A stretch of DNA of 64,000 nt, taken from NCBI RefSeq assembly GCF_006345805.1, contig NC_043002.1, forward strand, positions 104,098,001 through 104,162,000, in the 5' to 3' direction. The notes beneath the pieces were generated by a model, which worked only from the letters and a program-made list of their open reading frames with translations, searched no databases and was not told the origin of the DNA. The DNA is from Octopus sinensis (Eukaryota). Position numbers and translations under genes: made by a program. Below are positions 39,983 to 55,000 of the stretch, in pieces. Numbering within the stretch: the stretch's first letter is position 1; each line of letters opens with the position of its first letter.

Positions 39983-40277
39983 TTAACTTTTACTTGTTTC
40001 AGTCATTAGACTGTGGCCATACTGTAGTACCCGTCGAAGACTTTTTCGAAGAATAAATCGATAACCCCAGCACTTAATTTTCTTCAAGTGATGGTGGGGG
40101 ACAAACACAGTCATAAGCACACACACCCACACACAACCCATAGGCTTCGTCGTGCTTCTATCTACCGAATCCACTGACAATTTGGTCGGCACCAGGTTAG
40201 AGGAAAAGAAGACACTTGCCCAAGGTGCCGAGCAATGACACTGAATTCGAAAGCATGTGGTTGGAAGGCAAGCTTCG
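39983..40277 (-). mobile_element. Old SINE family A
   Basis: TTTTACTTGTTTCAGTCATTAGACTGTGGCCAT tail and GACACTTGCCCAAGGTGCC core. Confidence 0.7.
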
Positions 40278-42344
40278 ATTTATAAAATATTTTTTACACT
40301 TTAGGCATTCAAAATGGCCAAGGAAAATTTATCAAGATGCTCTCACCACAGATTCGAATCCTTGGCAATTTCTATTTTCCATAGTATCATACACCTGGCA
40401 TAGTAAATTGGCATTCAAAGATAATCTGAAATTTTATAATAGAGATTGTCCATCACCTAACATATCATGCAAAATTTGATATCATTTCGCATGACAAACA
40501 CGATTTGTATTCGTAAGAAATGTAATATCACATGGCTAATCATCGTAATACTCTTAGCTAAATTGTGCAGGAAAATTCTCAGATGTAAGGAAAACACCAA
40601 TATCTTGGTTTTATTAAATAGTGACGATAACAAATGTATCCATCATTTCATGTAAAATTCGTACATAAACAACCTCTGCAAGCAAAATCATAGTGTCTCT
40701 TTGCTTGTAATATTTTGTCAGTTTCGTACGTGAATATCCGATCGGGAAGAACACATCATCTGTTTCGACAATGCATAAGTCTAGTGCAGTGGATTTGACT
40801 CGGGAAACACACAATATGTCATTATCTTGAACTACCTTTACTCTCATGAAACCCGTTTTGTGTTATAAACACACATCGTTTAAAGTGTGGACGGGGGTTC
40901 TCTCATGAGAAAAAAGAACAGCGATTAGCACATTCCTGTTCAAATTTGCGCAGTGGATAAATATATACATAATTGTTTAGATTCTTGTTGTTGTGAGATC
41001 ACCCCATGAATTACAGCCATATACCAGAAAATAGTTATACTAGAACTCTTAAATATTTCTTGACAATGCGTAACATTGTGTAATATTGTGCAATATTGAT
41101 AATGCGTAATATTACTTGGCAATGGGTAATACTAAGTGCATTTGGAAAATGTATAAACACAAATATTCCTAAATCACTGAAGTATATTTGATCATAAATT
41201 ACTCTTCGATCACACATGCCAAAAAAGATTAGCGACCAAAAAAATTTATATCTAGTAGGGTTTATTTTTTAAATATTTTAAACTGTAATGACATTTCAGT
41301 GCCTGGCACATTTCCTGAGTGACAAAATTTCTTTCTGCGCGTGAAATCTTCCACTCACCGTCATTAGACAATTCCGAGGAATTCAAATTTTGTCATCAAT
41401 ACTTAGAGAAATTAAACACAAGGATTTTCAGAATTTGAAAAAAAAAGACAAAAAATAAAGTTTATGATAAAATGGGACACTATAAAATTTATTTTGAAAT
41501 TACAATCGGTGAAAAGACAAGGTTTATACGAGAAAATCTGAGTCTCTTGAATTTCTCCAGATATGAAAATAGAGAAACCTTCACAACCATCCTGATATTA
41601 AAGAAACATCAAAATTAGATTGGTATCGATCTCAGAGAAAATTTATTAGAAGTAGAACAACACACACACACACACACACACACACATCTCATTATGCGCA
41701 CATATACATATATACATACACTCACATACACACCCGCACATATTTGTATATATGTGTGTGCATCACATATAATTCATGCGTGTGTGAATGTATTTATATA
41801 TGTCCACATTTAGAAATGTATACATGTATATGTGTATTTTTTGTAGTGATTAGATTAATAGGCCTAAACATTAAAATAATTTACACAAAAATACGATATG
41901 AGCTTTCTTTATGTAGAATATTTTTATTGGCATAAAACTGCATATTTATTAGGCTCTTGTATTAACGATCCGATTCCATTTTTTAGAAAATATATTAATG
42001 ATACAGATTACAGAATATCTCAGAAATTGACATCAGAAAGTAAATTAATTTTACTAAAACAGCCATTGTAATTTGGTAAGGTTGGCACTAATATACTTAA
42101 TGCTGGTAGTCAATCAATTTTAATCAATTACAAAAAAAGTAATAAAATAGACAATGAATAATCATTAACTTAATTAAAAATTCGAGGCAAGAAAGGGAGG
42201 AGATACCTCATCATTAAGTTTACAGTCTTTATCCTCAACACAACTGTAATTTTAGTTAATTAAAATCTATTCATTTACTACATTGAGTATAGCAGGCCAA
42301 ATCTTTGTATTTGTTCTTCAGAGAGATCGTTTCTACTTTAAATA

Positions 42345-42935
42345 GTTACTTGATTCTGACAGTGGACCACGGTCATGCTGGAGCCATGTGTTGGAGAGCT
42401 TTAATCGAACTAATCGACTAGAGTACTCAAGTATATTCAAATCCGGTACATGTTCTATTGTTTCCTTTTTCCCGAGCCGCTAAGATATGTCTAGGTAAAC
42501 AGACGAAAACCGAACCGTTCGTCAAATGTTGTGAGACGAGCGCACACACGGGCACACAAACACAAACACGTATATACATGCTCTCCGTTTTTTTTCCGTC
42601 CTTCTTTTCCTATATATTCGCTGCTTTCTTCCAAGGAATCTAATGCTTTTAGTTTAGTTTTTCCTTGGGGCTTGCCAGATTGGAACAATCTCGAGTATAA
42701 CCAGCCGAAATTGCAAGGATAATCTGGAACTCGACTGAGGAAAGAAAACTCCGAATGACCCTTCCTTGTTTTCTTTGTATCACTTATCTGGATGTTTTGT
42801 TGTCTCTTTTTGTATCACCTAATTGTCTTGATACTTTTGCGTTCTTGTCCCATTTTCTATTTTATATATACATACATACATATATATATATATGTATGTA
42901 TATATGTATACACACACACACACACACACACACAT

Positions 42936-42977
<42 letters not shown>

Positions 42978-43171
42978 TATGTGTGTGTGTGAGTGTGTAT
43001 GACTGGTTTCCACAGAGTTTCTGCCTACCAAATTCACTCACATGGCATTCGTCGTCACAGGGCTATTGTCGAAGATAAGAGACTCATTCAAAATACAGCA
43101 CAGTATGTTTGAACCCTAAACCCCAGGTAATCAAAGCATTCTTCTTAACCACATAGCCATGGCAGCGCCTT
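42345..43171 (-). mobile_element. Old SINE family A with expanded interior
   Basis: Tail-like segment at 42345-42540 and head-like segment at 43000-43171 (..TTAACCACATAGCCATGGCAGCGCC). Confidence 0.5.
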
Positions 43172-43466
43172 ACGTTAATTAGCTAGTCTTCTTCTTTTTC
43201 ACCAATATCTATCTGCTCTTGCCTTTCGTCCTTCTCTCCTCCGTATATTCTAGACTTTATACGCATTATTATTATTTATTAGTATTATTTTTTTTTAATA
43301 AGTCGTGATTCAGCCATTTTGTGTTGATATGCAGACAAATAGACACAACCATGATTTATCTGAGAATGATTTCAAATGTTGGCACAAGGCTAGCAATGTC
43401 GGAGGGAGCGATTGCATTGACCCCGGTGATGAAATGGCACCTATTTAACAATTATTCGTTCCTTAA

Positions 43467-43480
43467 CAATGATGATGATA

Positions 43481-43551
<71 letters not shown>

Positions 43552-43610
43552 GATGGTGGTGATGATGATGATGATGATGACGACGATGATGATGATGGTG
43601 GTGATGATTG
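43467..43610. repeat. (GAT)n microsatellite
   Basis: Direct reading; source of the poly-D/poly-H ORFs. Confidence 0.95.
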
Positions 43611-43619
43611 TCTCTAATT

Positions 43620-43790
43620 TTTGGTTGGAAGGTCAGCAGTTTTGAGTGAATGACACCACTCGACCCCAAAAGGGTTGAAATTAAAATAGGAATTCGGAAG
43701 GATTCGAACTCAGCACATAATGGACCAGTGTAACACTACAGGATATTTTGTTCGACGCTCTAACTATTCTGTAATCCACAGCCCTACACA
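43620..43790 (-). mobile_element. Decayed SINE family D
   Basis: CTCGACCCCAAAAGGGTTGAAA...GGATTCGAACTCAG resembles the reverse complement of 35030-35100. Confidence 0.45.
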
Positions 43791-46201
43791 ATTATAACGC
43801 TAATATTTTGTTAATCTCAATTATTGTCATTTCTGCCAAGTCCTCTCGGAGACGTTTATGTCAGTATAATTGCTTTGCTATCTCTTGGTAGCTTTATCTG
43901 CTCTCTATGGTTAAAAGGCTGAAATCAAAGTACAAAGGAATATTATGGCTCTCTATGTCTCTTAAACACATTGACCATACTAAATGGTTCAATTAATAAA
44001 CAGACATCAAAGAAAACGCAAATGAAAAAGTATAAAAAAATAAGAGTACGCTTCTTTTATTTACTGCGGAGTATAAAATGTGTTTGAGCTATGATATTTA
44101 ACCCTTTAAATATAATGTGCATATTTGTATTTTATTAATACGTCTCTTCTCATCAAATGTCAATTTCTTACTGTCAAATTCTATATAATCCGTTTCAAGT
44201 TATATTAATGATCAGAGGTTGTCTACATCTGCCATGAACAAGAGGTCGTTTGTTACATAGTCTAATAAATTTATTGAATATAGGGAATCGTTAACATCTC
44301 CATACCGTTTCTCTATATCCTGTCCTTTAGAATTGTCGAATAGCAATTATGACACGAATGATTGCCTTAAATTCTGCACGCGTTGCTTTCCTCTCATTCA
44401 TAAACCATTTAGTCAAATGCACATAAATGCACATTTAATCAAATGCACATAAAGTTAGTAACTTTGTATCTTTTATTAATTATTGAGAATTTAATTTCGA
44501 TTTCAGTATTTCTTTATAATTACAATAAGAGATTTAACTCCAGCCTACGAGATCCCTTTTTTCAAAGGGAAGTGTCTATATTATCATCATTCTCCAAACC
44601 TCTCACTAAGCACCACGCATTTTATTTACTTCTTTTGCGATTCTACTCCACATAATGTTATCATTTTTGCTCTCATCTCAGCAACTGAGAGGTTTTTCTA
44701 GATAGGCGTTTGCTCCATACGTGAGCATTCAGTATTTTGAAAAACATTCTCCCACCGTCCAGTTATTGACCACTTTTTGAGTTGGAACTTTATTCATTTA
44801 TTCCTCCTTTGTACGAATTGCATTCTTCACTTGTGGGAATTAAGCTTCCTCTGTCAATACCGAAATACAGAATTCACAAGAATAACTACAGCACACAGCA
44901 GTATATTAAAACGATTTTTATGGAGAGTGAAACTTTCATTTTAAAGAAAAAACAAGGTCACAGACACAAGTACCAAAACACAGGCAGACGCACTCACTCA
45001 CACCCGCGAGCATACGGCATTCTCATAAACATTTGTGATTCTATTAGAGTCTTATAAAGGATTCGGTAGAGTCATCCTTTATGTATTAATAACTACATTT
45101 ACCGACATTTCCGAACGAGTGACATTTTTCATACAATATTTTCAAAGGACCAACTAATTGAAACACGAGCGAAACTGTCAAAACAATGAGAAAGACAATA
45201 ACATGAAACACTTCCTCAGCACCGCAGACGATGTGTGTACAAAACACACACACAGACGCACACACTTGCATGTGATAAATATATGTATATTTATGTGTAT
45301 GTGAATGCTTAGATTTGTCTACTAAATGAAGCGATAATTACTATTAAATACAATAGCGGACGGTTATAAATGAAAGTGTCGACGACTCAATTATTTTGGA
45401 TAGAAAGCTACAGTTTGTGTACGCATGCGTTTCATATTACAAGAGAGGGGGGAAAAAGTATTAATAACAAACGATAAATAGAAAAAACGCAGGATTTTTC
45501 AGGCTGATTCCAATACAATGCTATGGTCTGGCATGACTGCGTTTTGTGGAAGAGGGTCAGAGAGGGCAGTTGAAACTTTCTGGCAAATATCGGAACCATT
45601 AAAGGAAATAATAACAGACAGACTTCAAAGGCTGCAGATATACCACAAACTAAATATGATGTTTTGGGTGACGCACGCCTGTGAATTTGGACAAACTTGA
45701 CGTTGTTCTATGATTGAATAGGTTAATTAACTTTTGTTTAATTAATTAATTACATGTCCGTATATAAGTGCGTGTCAGATTGCATATATGTATAAAGATG
45801 AAAGGTTTCGGTGGTATAGATATCAGACGACTCGTCTATAGTGACACACACTTCTCTTATACGCACGCATGCACATGTACGCAATAACAAAATGGAAACG
45901 TATGAAGGGGAACAGTAGGTGTTTCTAACTATCTATGTGTACATAAGGACGTAACGTATATCTGTATATCTGTATATATATATATATATATAGATATATA
46001 TATATATATATATAATATAATATATAGATATATATATATATACATATATATATGTATATATATATATACATTATATATATATATATATACATATACATAC
46101 GCGCACACCTATATATATAAATGTATATACATATATATATTTATTATATAGATATATATACATATATATATTATATATATATGTGTGTATATATGTATAT
46201 A

Positions 46202-46245
<44 letters not shown>

Positions 46246-46248
46246 TAA

Positions 46249-46669
46249 GGAAAAACAGTAAAAAAATGTGCACGCTCAAACTGTGGTACCTGCCCCTTTC
46301 TACTTGAAGGCTCTGAATTTACCTTCAAACAAGGTACGAAGTTTAAAATCAAGACTAACTTCTCCTGTTCCTCCGAGAACCTTATCTACGTTCTCACATG
46401 CGCTGGTTGCCAACATAATTATGTTGGACAAACGAGTCTCCCGTTACGTAAACGAGTAACGGTGCATAAAGAACAAATAAATCTCCCGGAATACCGACAA
46501 ATTCCACTGAGTGACCACTTAGACTCATGTGCTAAAGACTTAAACCCCATTCTATATATTCCCCTTCTACCAATGTAAAGACGGGATCACCACACAGGAG
46601 AGAATTAACAAGGAGAATCTCTTTATTGAAAAATTCCAAACACAACTTAATATGCAAACTCCTCGTTGA
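46249..46669 (+). pseudogene. PLE GIY-YIG endonuclease domain (one frameshift at ~46549)
   Basis: [96 protein letters not shown] shows the IY..YVGQT..R..H..E..LN motifs. Not in the ORF track because it has no start codon. Confidence 0.92.
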
Positions 46670-47299
46670 TCAAACTTCCTTTCTCTAACCTCACTCTTCA
46701 TGGATGGACTAACACAATATATAAAGATACCATGCATTCATCACTTTAAGCTAAAACTTATATTCTTTAAATATCATTTTTACTATTGTTGTTATTACTA
46801 TCATTTTTATTATAAATGATATGACAATTTGAAATGCAATTGTCTATGCAGATTTATATTATTAGAAAATAATATAAATAAAGTGTTAAAATCTGAAAGT
46901 TAAGTTAACAAGCAATTATATAAAAAAGATAATGCAAATGAAGCTAAAATGATAGTTTTATAATTTGGGTTTTATTGAAGAACTCAAAAGAGTTGTCTCC
47001 CCTTACCCACAACACAGGAACTGAGGAACCAGGACCACAATTACTACTACTTCTGTCCTGCAACATGCTGAATTTAACAACACAAACACACACATGCTCT
47101 TTATCCCTTTGGATCTTAACGCCTCAAGGTAATTTTTTGGTAAACAACATAAAACTCAAGATACACAACGAACTCAAATGTATCGGAGAACTTATTTTTT
47201 AATTTTTGCACATTTTTATCATTATTCTTTTACAAAAAAACAATGCAATTTTCTTTTTTTCCCCTTTCTAATTTTTAAAATAACTTCTTAAAACATAAA

Positions 47300-47340
47300 T
47301 ATTCTTGACAAGTCATACAATGACGAAAACCGGTTGAATA
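47300..47340 (+). ncRNA. Decayed type-I minimal hammerhead ribozyme in the PLE 3' region
   Basis: Stem I TATTC/GAATA; core TTGACAA (two transitions from CTGACGA); stem II GTCA-TACAA-TGAC; GAAA(A); palindromic ACCGGT; U17. Confidence 0.7.
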
Positions 47341-47508
47341 AATATATATTTATATATTTTATCATTTTCTCATTTTATAAAAATTTCTTTCATTTGAGCA
47401 TTCTGCATTTTTAAAAAAAATTTTCCTTACTTATCATTTCTCCACGTGCGGTCAAACACCACACCCATACCATATTGATCTATATATATATATATATATA
47501 TAATATAT

Positions 47509-47602
<94 letters not shown>

Positions 47603-48054
47603 CATACATATACATATGTGTGTGTCTGGGTCAGTCACACGTTTTGGATCAAGTTAAGTATCAGCTCTTTTTCATATTCGGGTTTCCTAATTTCGTTTTA
47701 AACTCACAATTATTTAAACACCCATCGACAAAAATTACTCTCCAGCTTTATAGTTCTAACCACACGTAGTAGTACATTCTCTGATGTGGCGACAATCTGT
47801 GTGAATACACAGTGTATACATGGATGTGTGGGAGTAACTGTGACCTTGTTTGAAGCCCATTGCATGTCACAAAACAGTTGATAACGATGTCAATATACAT
47901 TTGCGAGCGACAGTCATGTGTGTTAGTGTGTGTGTATGCGTGTGTGTATACCTATCTTCTGTGTATGCACACACATATAGAGCACACCTACTCTCTAATA
48001 TGTATATATATATACAGCTCTTCTTCAATAAATAAATATATAAGCTCTTCTTCA

Positions 48055-48305
48055 ATAAATCTTGCAGTCTTTTAGAAGAATGAGCGGGCACGGAGTCCCG
48101 TACAAACATGAGTCCTCTTGCTTCATAATGCTTTTTAATCGAAGGCAAAAAAAACTTTTAATAGTTTGAGATACTCTGATGTGTTAATATTATTAGTAAT
48201 ACTCGCTTCAATAAAATTAGGAGGCATCAATTTCCCAACAGCTGCAAAAACAATAATGGAAGCCGGGTTCTTGATATGCGTAGCTGAATGAACTTGGAAG
48301 GGTTA
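48055..48305 (-). pseudogene. Tc1/mariner transposase relic (maT/DD37D-like)
   Basis: THIKNPASIIVFAAVGKLMPPNFIEA..INTSEYLKLL/LPSIKKHYEARGLMFVRDSVPAHSSKRLQD resembles the ..VFQQD.APAH.. catalytic region. Confidence 0.7.
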
Positions 48306-48548
48306 TATGCTACCAATTTATTTTCAGGTTGACATGTTCAGGTCCATATTTAAATGATAAATGAAAATAAGGAAGCGAAAAATTCGAGGTGAAGTTGAGT
48401 GAAAGACCAGTCTCACGTGAATTATATCACATTCGCTCGGTTTCTGTTTTTTTTTAACCAACGATCACATCGTTTTTACTTTCAATCTCACTGAAGTCTC
48501 AATACACTTCAACATATTCAACAATATCTCCCGCATTTCTGATATTTA

Positions 48549-48582
<34 letters not shown>

Positions 48583-48709
48583 AATATGTGTGTATGTGTG
48601 CATGGTATATATTTACATATATACATGTGTGTTAATGTTTGTGTGTGTCTATGACTATGTATGTACGCTTATGCGTGTGAATGTGTAAAAATGTCCCTCT
48701 CCTTTTCTC

Positions 48710-48764
<55 letters not shown>

Positions 48765-50161
48765 CTGTGTGTGCATATATATATGCGTATGTACGTATCT
48801 ATCTATGAATATATATACATATATATATATGTAATATATATACATATATACATGAATATACATGCAAACATATATATATCATATATACATATATATATAC
48901 GTATATCTGATTAGATGTGTATATGCACATCTAAAAGTATAAATTGTTATGAATCTTTATAATCACATATTTGCATCTAGTTTATATATTTATATGAATC
49001 TGTTGAAAAGTAAATTCGTATTATGTTGGATGACGACACACATCCCCACATGCATACTCACACATTTATTTATGTAGATATAGATTTAAAATAAGTAATA
49101 ACATATATGTTGCGTATTTTCCATATAATTCACATAAAAATTTTATAACTTTATCAAATTTGATACCAAATGAACAAATATATGTTAGACTAAACTCTAT
49201 TACGCTTGTAAGAATCAGCTTTAGAAATTCTCTTCAACTCAGTAAACAAACTATGTATGTATAAAAGGGGAAAAAAATCAAATACAATAATATTTAGAAA
49301 ATATTGTACTTAAAATTGGAAAATTACACTTTTGTAGTGTTTATTTTCAATCTTAATATATGTTACATGTAGCTAATATCTTCTATGTTTTATGACTAAA
49401 TAAGTACCAGATATGTGTTTTATGGCAATTATCCGTGTTGAAGTGTAAACAAGGTATTAACTTAATTGTATTTAGAATCCTGAAGTGCTGTCACACCTTC
49501 TAAAAATTTAAGAGTGTTTAAGTTGAGTATATATATGTATATATATGCACATCGCTATAAACAAGTGTTTATTATACGCATGCTTCCTTATAGATTGTTG
49601 CTAGTTTCACGATTGGCATCAAGGTAGCTGTGATAAAGCAAGGATATTGTTTGAAGCATTTTAGCTATTCTTATCCGTTAAACCTTTCAGGTATTTTGTA
49701 TAGGCCTACGTTATCAAATGTGCTTCTTTTGCTAAGATTAGTATCACATGTAAACAAGAAATGTTGACTGTTTCTAAGAGTTGGTGCAATTATCGAGATT
49801 TCCTTCTTGTCTTTAACAAATACGTAGCTTTAGCTGGGTACGTCCTCGTCTTTCTGAAAAAAAAATGATGCTCTGAGTACAGATACACTTTAAAAGTATT
49901 TTTACTAATGGACAGAAAAAAAAAGACTCTGTCTCGTCTCTTTCGTCTATGTTCTTTACAATTTGATCTGCATCCGAGTCATCTCACAGACTTTGGTTAA
50001 CTGTTTTTATTGCCGAATGTAATTCAATTAGGTTCGAAATATTTCCAGTCTGATATAGATTTTAGTTTTCTGTTTTCACTTAAAAATGACTTTTCACCCC
50101 CACGGTTACAGATTTCGGGAAGGCCTGAAGCCTACATGATCATGTATCTATTTTAAAAGTA

Positions 50162-50228
50162 AGCTTGGTGGGGCTGCCAGTTTAGCCGCCGACGACCCGA
50201 TCATGTAGCAGGTTATACTGGGTTACAC
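50162..50228. repeat. ~65-bp interspersed repeat shared with 57476-57541
   Basis: GCTTGGTGGGGCTGCCAGTTTAGCCGCCGACGACCCGATCATG.. versus GCTTGATGGGGTTGCCAGTTTAGTCGCCGACAACCCGATCGTG.. Confidence 0.75.
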
Positions 50229-50399
50229 ACATACATAAATGCATGCATACCTGCATACATACATACATACATACACATACATACATACATACATACATAC
50301 ATACCTACATACATACATACATACATACATACATACAAACAAACATACATACATACATACATACATTTGCTCATTCATGGTAGTCGACCACGGGAAACA

Positions 50400-51470
50400 T
50401 TGTCCGCCAAACAAAGAACATAGACATCAATCGTTTGTCTACCTGTAAATGATGAAAACTATGAGCATCTCGGGAACTGATGAGAATGTTCCATACGTTG
50501 GTACTGCTACTAAAACCATAATAGCCAATGAAAACTTCTCTGGATTCCAGAAAATATAGAACTCAGTGCTGTTTGCAATTAATATCACCATACCTCCCAA
50601 AGGTTTTGCAGTGCCAATTCTAGGACCAACAATAGGTTATATTGGACTGGACATTTGAGGAAATCTGTAGCCTGGACATTAAAATGAGAGAGGTCTTGAC
50701 CCACTCTGGCAACTTCCACATGAACAATGACATTAATAGTATTTATGTCAGACGATGCGAAGGCGGTTGAAGCAGGAAGTAAGTTCAAATAGCTTTGACT
50801 GTCGCATTGTGTCACTCAGATAACATGAGGTGAACAGTGAAGAAAGAAATGAGTTTATTCCATGTCTACTTCAAACATGTTCAGGGGAAAACATCTTCAG
50901 AGTTGAAGAAGGAACAGTCTGCGTGTATTTTGAGAATAGAACTGTCTCATGCGATCCTAAGATGGTTGGACTGACCTGCCTAAATAGAAGTTTGGTGGAG
51001 AAGCAGGCATCATACCATTTAAAAGCAATGTATGTTTACATATCCCATGTAGAAGGAAATCCTTATATTATCCAGAATAGAAGATCGTTACTGAGCACCT
51101 AATAAACAAGAAAGACAAAGATACCCCCAAAGCTCCTCGTTGTGATAGAAAATATTAGCTCTGCTATACGAGTGTGGAGGGTATTACACTCAACAGTTGC
51201 TGCCTCAAGATGCCTACGAGCTACTAACTGCCCATGAGGCATGATATACTTACATAAACTACACTGCTATGTGCATGAAGAATTGCCCTTATGCATACGT
51301 GAAAGGCATGTCGGAACCAGGAGTTATTCACACCTCCTGGTGTAAAAACAAGGAATACTGGTGGACCACTCCAATAAAAACAACAGTAAGTTGTAAGCAT
51401 AACAAACCAGATACTGACCTGAAAGTCAGCGAACAATGGTCATGTACTGTTGTAGAGGTCAATAGCTTTT
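50400..51470 (+). mobile_element. Highly decayed LINE-like relic (possibly RTE)
   Basis: Balanced base composition and faint motifs only (NHNS..KLL, GVKTRNTGGP, DTDLKVSE); no continuous frame. Confidence 0.3.
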
Positions 51471-51521
51471 GGTGGTTTTTAACGAACGAACTGCAACTTG
51501 CAATATTTATTGTACACATAT

Positions 51522-51583
<62 letters not shown>

Positions 51584-53102
51584 ATGGTCAAATAGTAATA
51601 ATTAGCGCAGCAACTTGTGGAAGAATATCTATCAAAAACAATGCATCTGCTGTAGAGAGTGAGAGAGGGAGAGGGAGAGAGACGGAGAGAGGGGAGAGAG
51701 GGAGAGACAGAGAGAGTCTAGATTGCTCTGGCTGAAAGGAGATAATCGGTAAGAGAAGCAGAATATCTTTTGGATGCAAGTGTGGGCTTCATCAACGAAG
51801 GCCGAGTCTCCTGGACGAAAAGGTATGATCTAAGTCTCGGAATATCCAGCAACTCCGTGATTCAATGACAAAAATTTACCCAGGTATTGTCACCTGTAGA
51901 TGTTTGTTGAACCTATATGATTATCCCATCCACTAATAATCGACAGTTACATGTCAAGTTTGAGAGAGTAACTAAGTGCTACTAATATATAGTATTGCAC
52001 GGTTTGTTTCTTGCTACTCTCGGGACATGTGAAGTCGCATTTGTAGTGAAGAAAGTCACGGGACTTTATTGTTGATGTCCACTAGTCTGTATCTGATATT
52101 TTCTGGACTTTTCATGTTCTTTGTGAAATAGTGGTTTCAAAAAATAGTCGCAGTATCTCTACATTCTTAGATAAAAGTACCAAGTACAATAAATCACTGA
52201 TACGTAGAAATACGTGGGAGAATATATAACTGGAAAAGATATGAGTCGATGAGTGTTACCTGTGTTTAAAAAAGGGAACCAAAGCAATAAAAAGATAAAA
52301 CTAAAATGGTAAGAATTATGGGAACGATAGACATTTAATCGCATCTAAGAGTCAGGGAGAAAGCTTTTACTTGGTTGTTAGTTTTGCCATATATAAGCTT
52401 CCAAACCTCTCTGAAATCACGCCTTCAATTCTAATGTATGAAAAGACGGAAGGAATCTAAAGCAATCGAAACATGATGGACGGTCACGGATGTACTGCAT
52501 TTGACTCTACGTCTGCTATTTTCGATCTCATCTGTAGATACATTAAAGCGAGATTCTAAACCACAACACTTACAAGGAAAATATTCTTTTGAAATGCCCG
52601 TAACAGATACAGGAGTTTATACACTGTAAAAGTATATCCTCAGTATCGTTATTTCAACGTTATGTTATTGCATGCATTGTTTAGCAATCTCTGACATTTC
52701 ATTATTGTTGTATTATACCATCCGCTTGGGAAACAATATTCGTTTGACGTCAAGAATCCTGATAGCTGACAGATAATTTCGAATTACCAAAACGTTTGCT
52801 GAGATTCGTTATATTTCATTCTTCTTCTTTTTTTTTTCATCTCAAGAAGAAAAAAAGAAGCAAGTACGTGATTGTGTGTTTCTCCTGTATATTTATATAT
52901 TTCTGATTGAATACGTTACACATACATACACACAGAAAAGTTCATACATACATACTTATATATATATAATTATAAGTTATATAGCAACTTGGGATATATG
53001 AATATATGCATAAGCGTATAACTATATCAGTAGTTATGCATAAATGAGGGTGTGTGTGTGTGTGTGTATGCATGTATAAATATGCATGTATAAATATGCA
53101 TC

Positions 53103-53165
<63 letters not shown>

Positions 53166-53831
53166 AAAACACATACATATATAAGTTTAATATATACATA
53201 GAAGCATTTATATATAAGCATACCCACAGGTATATGTACACATACCTATATACATATAATTCATATATCCCAAGCTGCCTTATAAAATTACAGAATATAT
53301 AGATTTAAGAAAAGCAATTCAGTAATAAAGGTAAATATTGTATGGAATAAAATATTGTCAATGACAGCAAGAGAAAATATATTCAGAAATCAGAAAAATC
53401 AACATGAAAATATGAAGATTAAAAAATGCATTAAAAAAATGTAATCATCTGAAGAACACAAGAAAACAATTTATTGAAGCTAAAAGAATATCGTATTGGA
53501 ATATTCCACTGTAGACATCTTGGACCAATTTGAAATTGTTTATTTCAAATTGAATTCCAAATTGGTTTTAAGTATTTCAACTATTATTAGACCATAATTA
53601 TATGTTTTATAGAACTATAGTATTCTGCTTAAAAGATGCTAAAGCCATTAAACCACAGGCCTCAATGGATCAAATAAACAAATATATATGCTTTATATGT
53701 GTGTGTAGATATATACATATGCTTATATATGTATATATATATATATACATACATATACATAAATATATATTTACATATATATATATATAATATATATATA
53801 TATATATAATATATATATATATTATATATAT

Positions 53832-53863
<32 letters not shown>

Positions 53864-54866
53864 ATATATATATATGTATGTGTGTATGTAGGTGCGTATG
53901 CATGTATGTATATTCTAGTCAGGGGGAAGAAGAAGGTAAGAAGGTAAGAGATATGAGGTATAAACAACTCGATATTACATTTGTGGAATAAAATCCTCAA
54001 GGGTAAGTTAGAAATTAATCTAAACAAGATATACATATGCAATAATGGAACGCGATTCACATGTTCACTGAAAACATATTTTACCATTGTAAACACACTC
54101 ACACACACACGCATATACACACACACGCATATACACACACACACACATAGACACAGACTCGAGAGCATGAACACTCATTACATTACATTGAATTTGCGTA
54201 TATGGAAATTTATTCTATGAAATACATCACGTATATATTTATACATCATTCCTCGCGTATAATCACGCATATGTGTGTAAATGAACTGAGATTTATTGCG
54301 CATGTCATTTTATAGATGTGTGCATACATGAGATAAGACATATGCCCCCTCATAAACGCATATAACATTCTCTCGCCCCCTCATACACTTATGTACATAT
54401 TTTTAAAGAAGAACTAATAATAATAGTAATGATGTATGTATGTATGTATGTATGTATGTATGTATGTATGTATGTATGTATGTATGTATGTATGTATGTA
54501 CATAGATGTGTGTGTCTGCATGTTTGTCTAAACCAACGTATTTCAGCTTCTATTTCATCTTCATCATTTCATTCTCAGTAAAATTTTCTATTTCTCTTTC
54601 TGACTCTTTTCTTTCTCCTTTTTCTATCCCTCCTTCTCTTTCTATCCCTCCTTCTCTCTCCTCTTTCGCCGTTTCTATATCCATCTCTATATACAAATAC
54701 ACACTTAGACACATATGCACACATAGGTATACATGCATACCTACATACACATACATATACATACATATATATATATATATGTACGTATATATATATGTAC
54801 GTATATATATATATATATGTATATGTATGTATGTATGTATATTTAAATATATGTATATATATATAT

Positions 54867-54900
<34 letters not shown>

Positions 54901-54943
54901 ATATATATATTTATATATAGTATATGTATATATATATACATAC

Positions 54944-55000
<57 letters not shown>

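Larger units (their letters stand above)
46243..47480 (+). mobile_element. 5'-truncated Penelope-like element between two (TA)n tracts
   Basis: GIY-YIG coding relic followed by an AT-rich pLTR-like region containing an HHR relic. Confidence 0.85.

Noticed and set aside
40614-40847. 77-aa non-repetitive minus-strand ORF
   Set aside because: No recognisable domain or convincing splice sites; a BLASTP or RNA-seq check would be needed.
44700-44900. Possible CR1 3' end (RMFFKILNAHVWSKRL, minus strand)
   Set aside because: Single weak motif without supporting flanks.
45503-45700. Possible exon (TTTTTCAG acceptor in frame with a 60-aa ORF)
   Set aside because: Weak pyrimidine tract and donor; no homology recognised.
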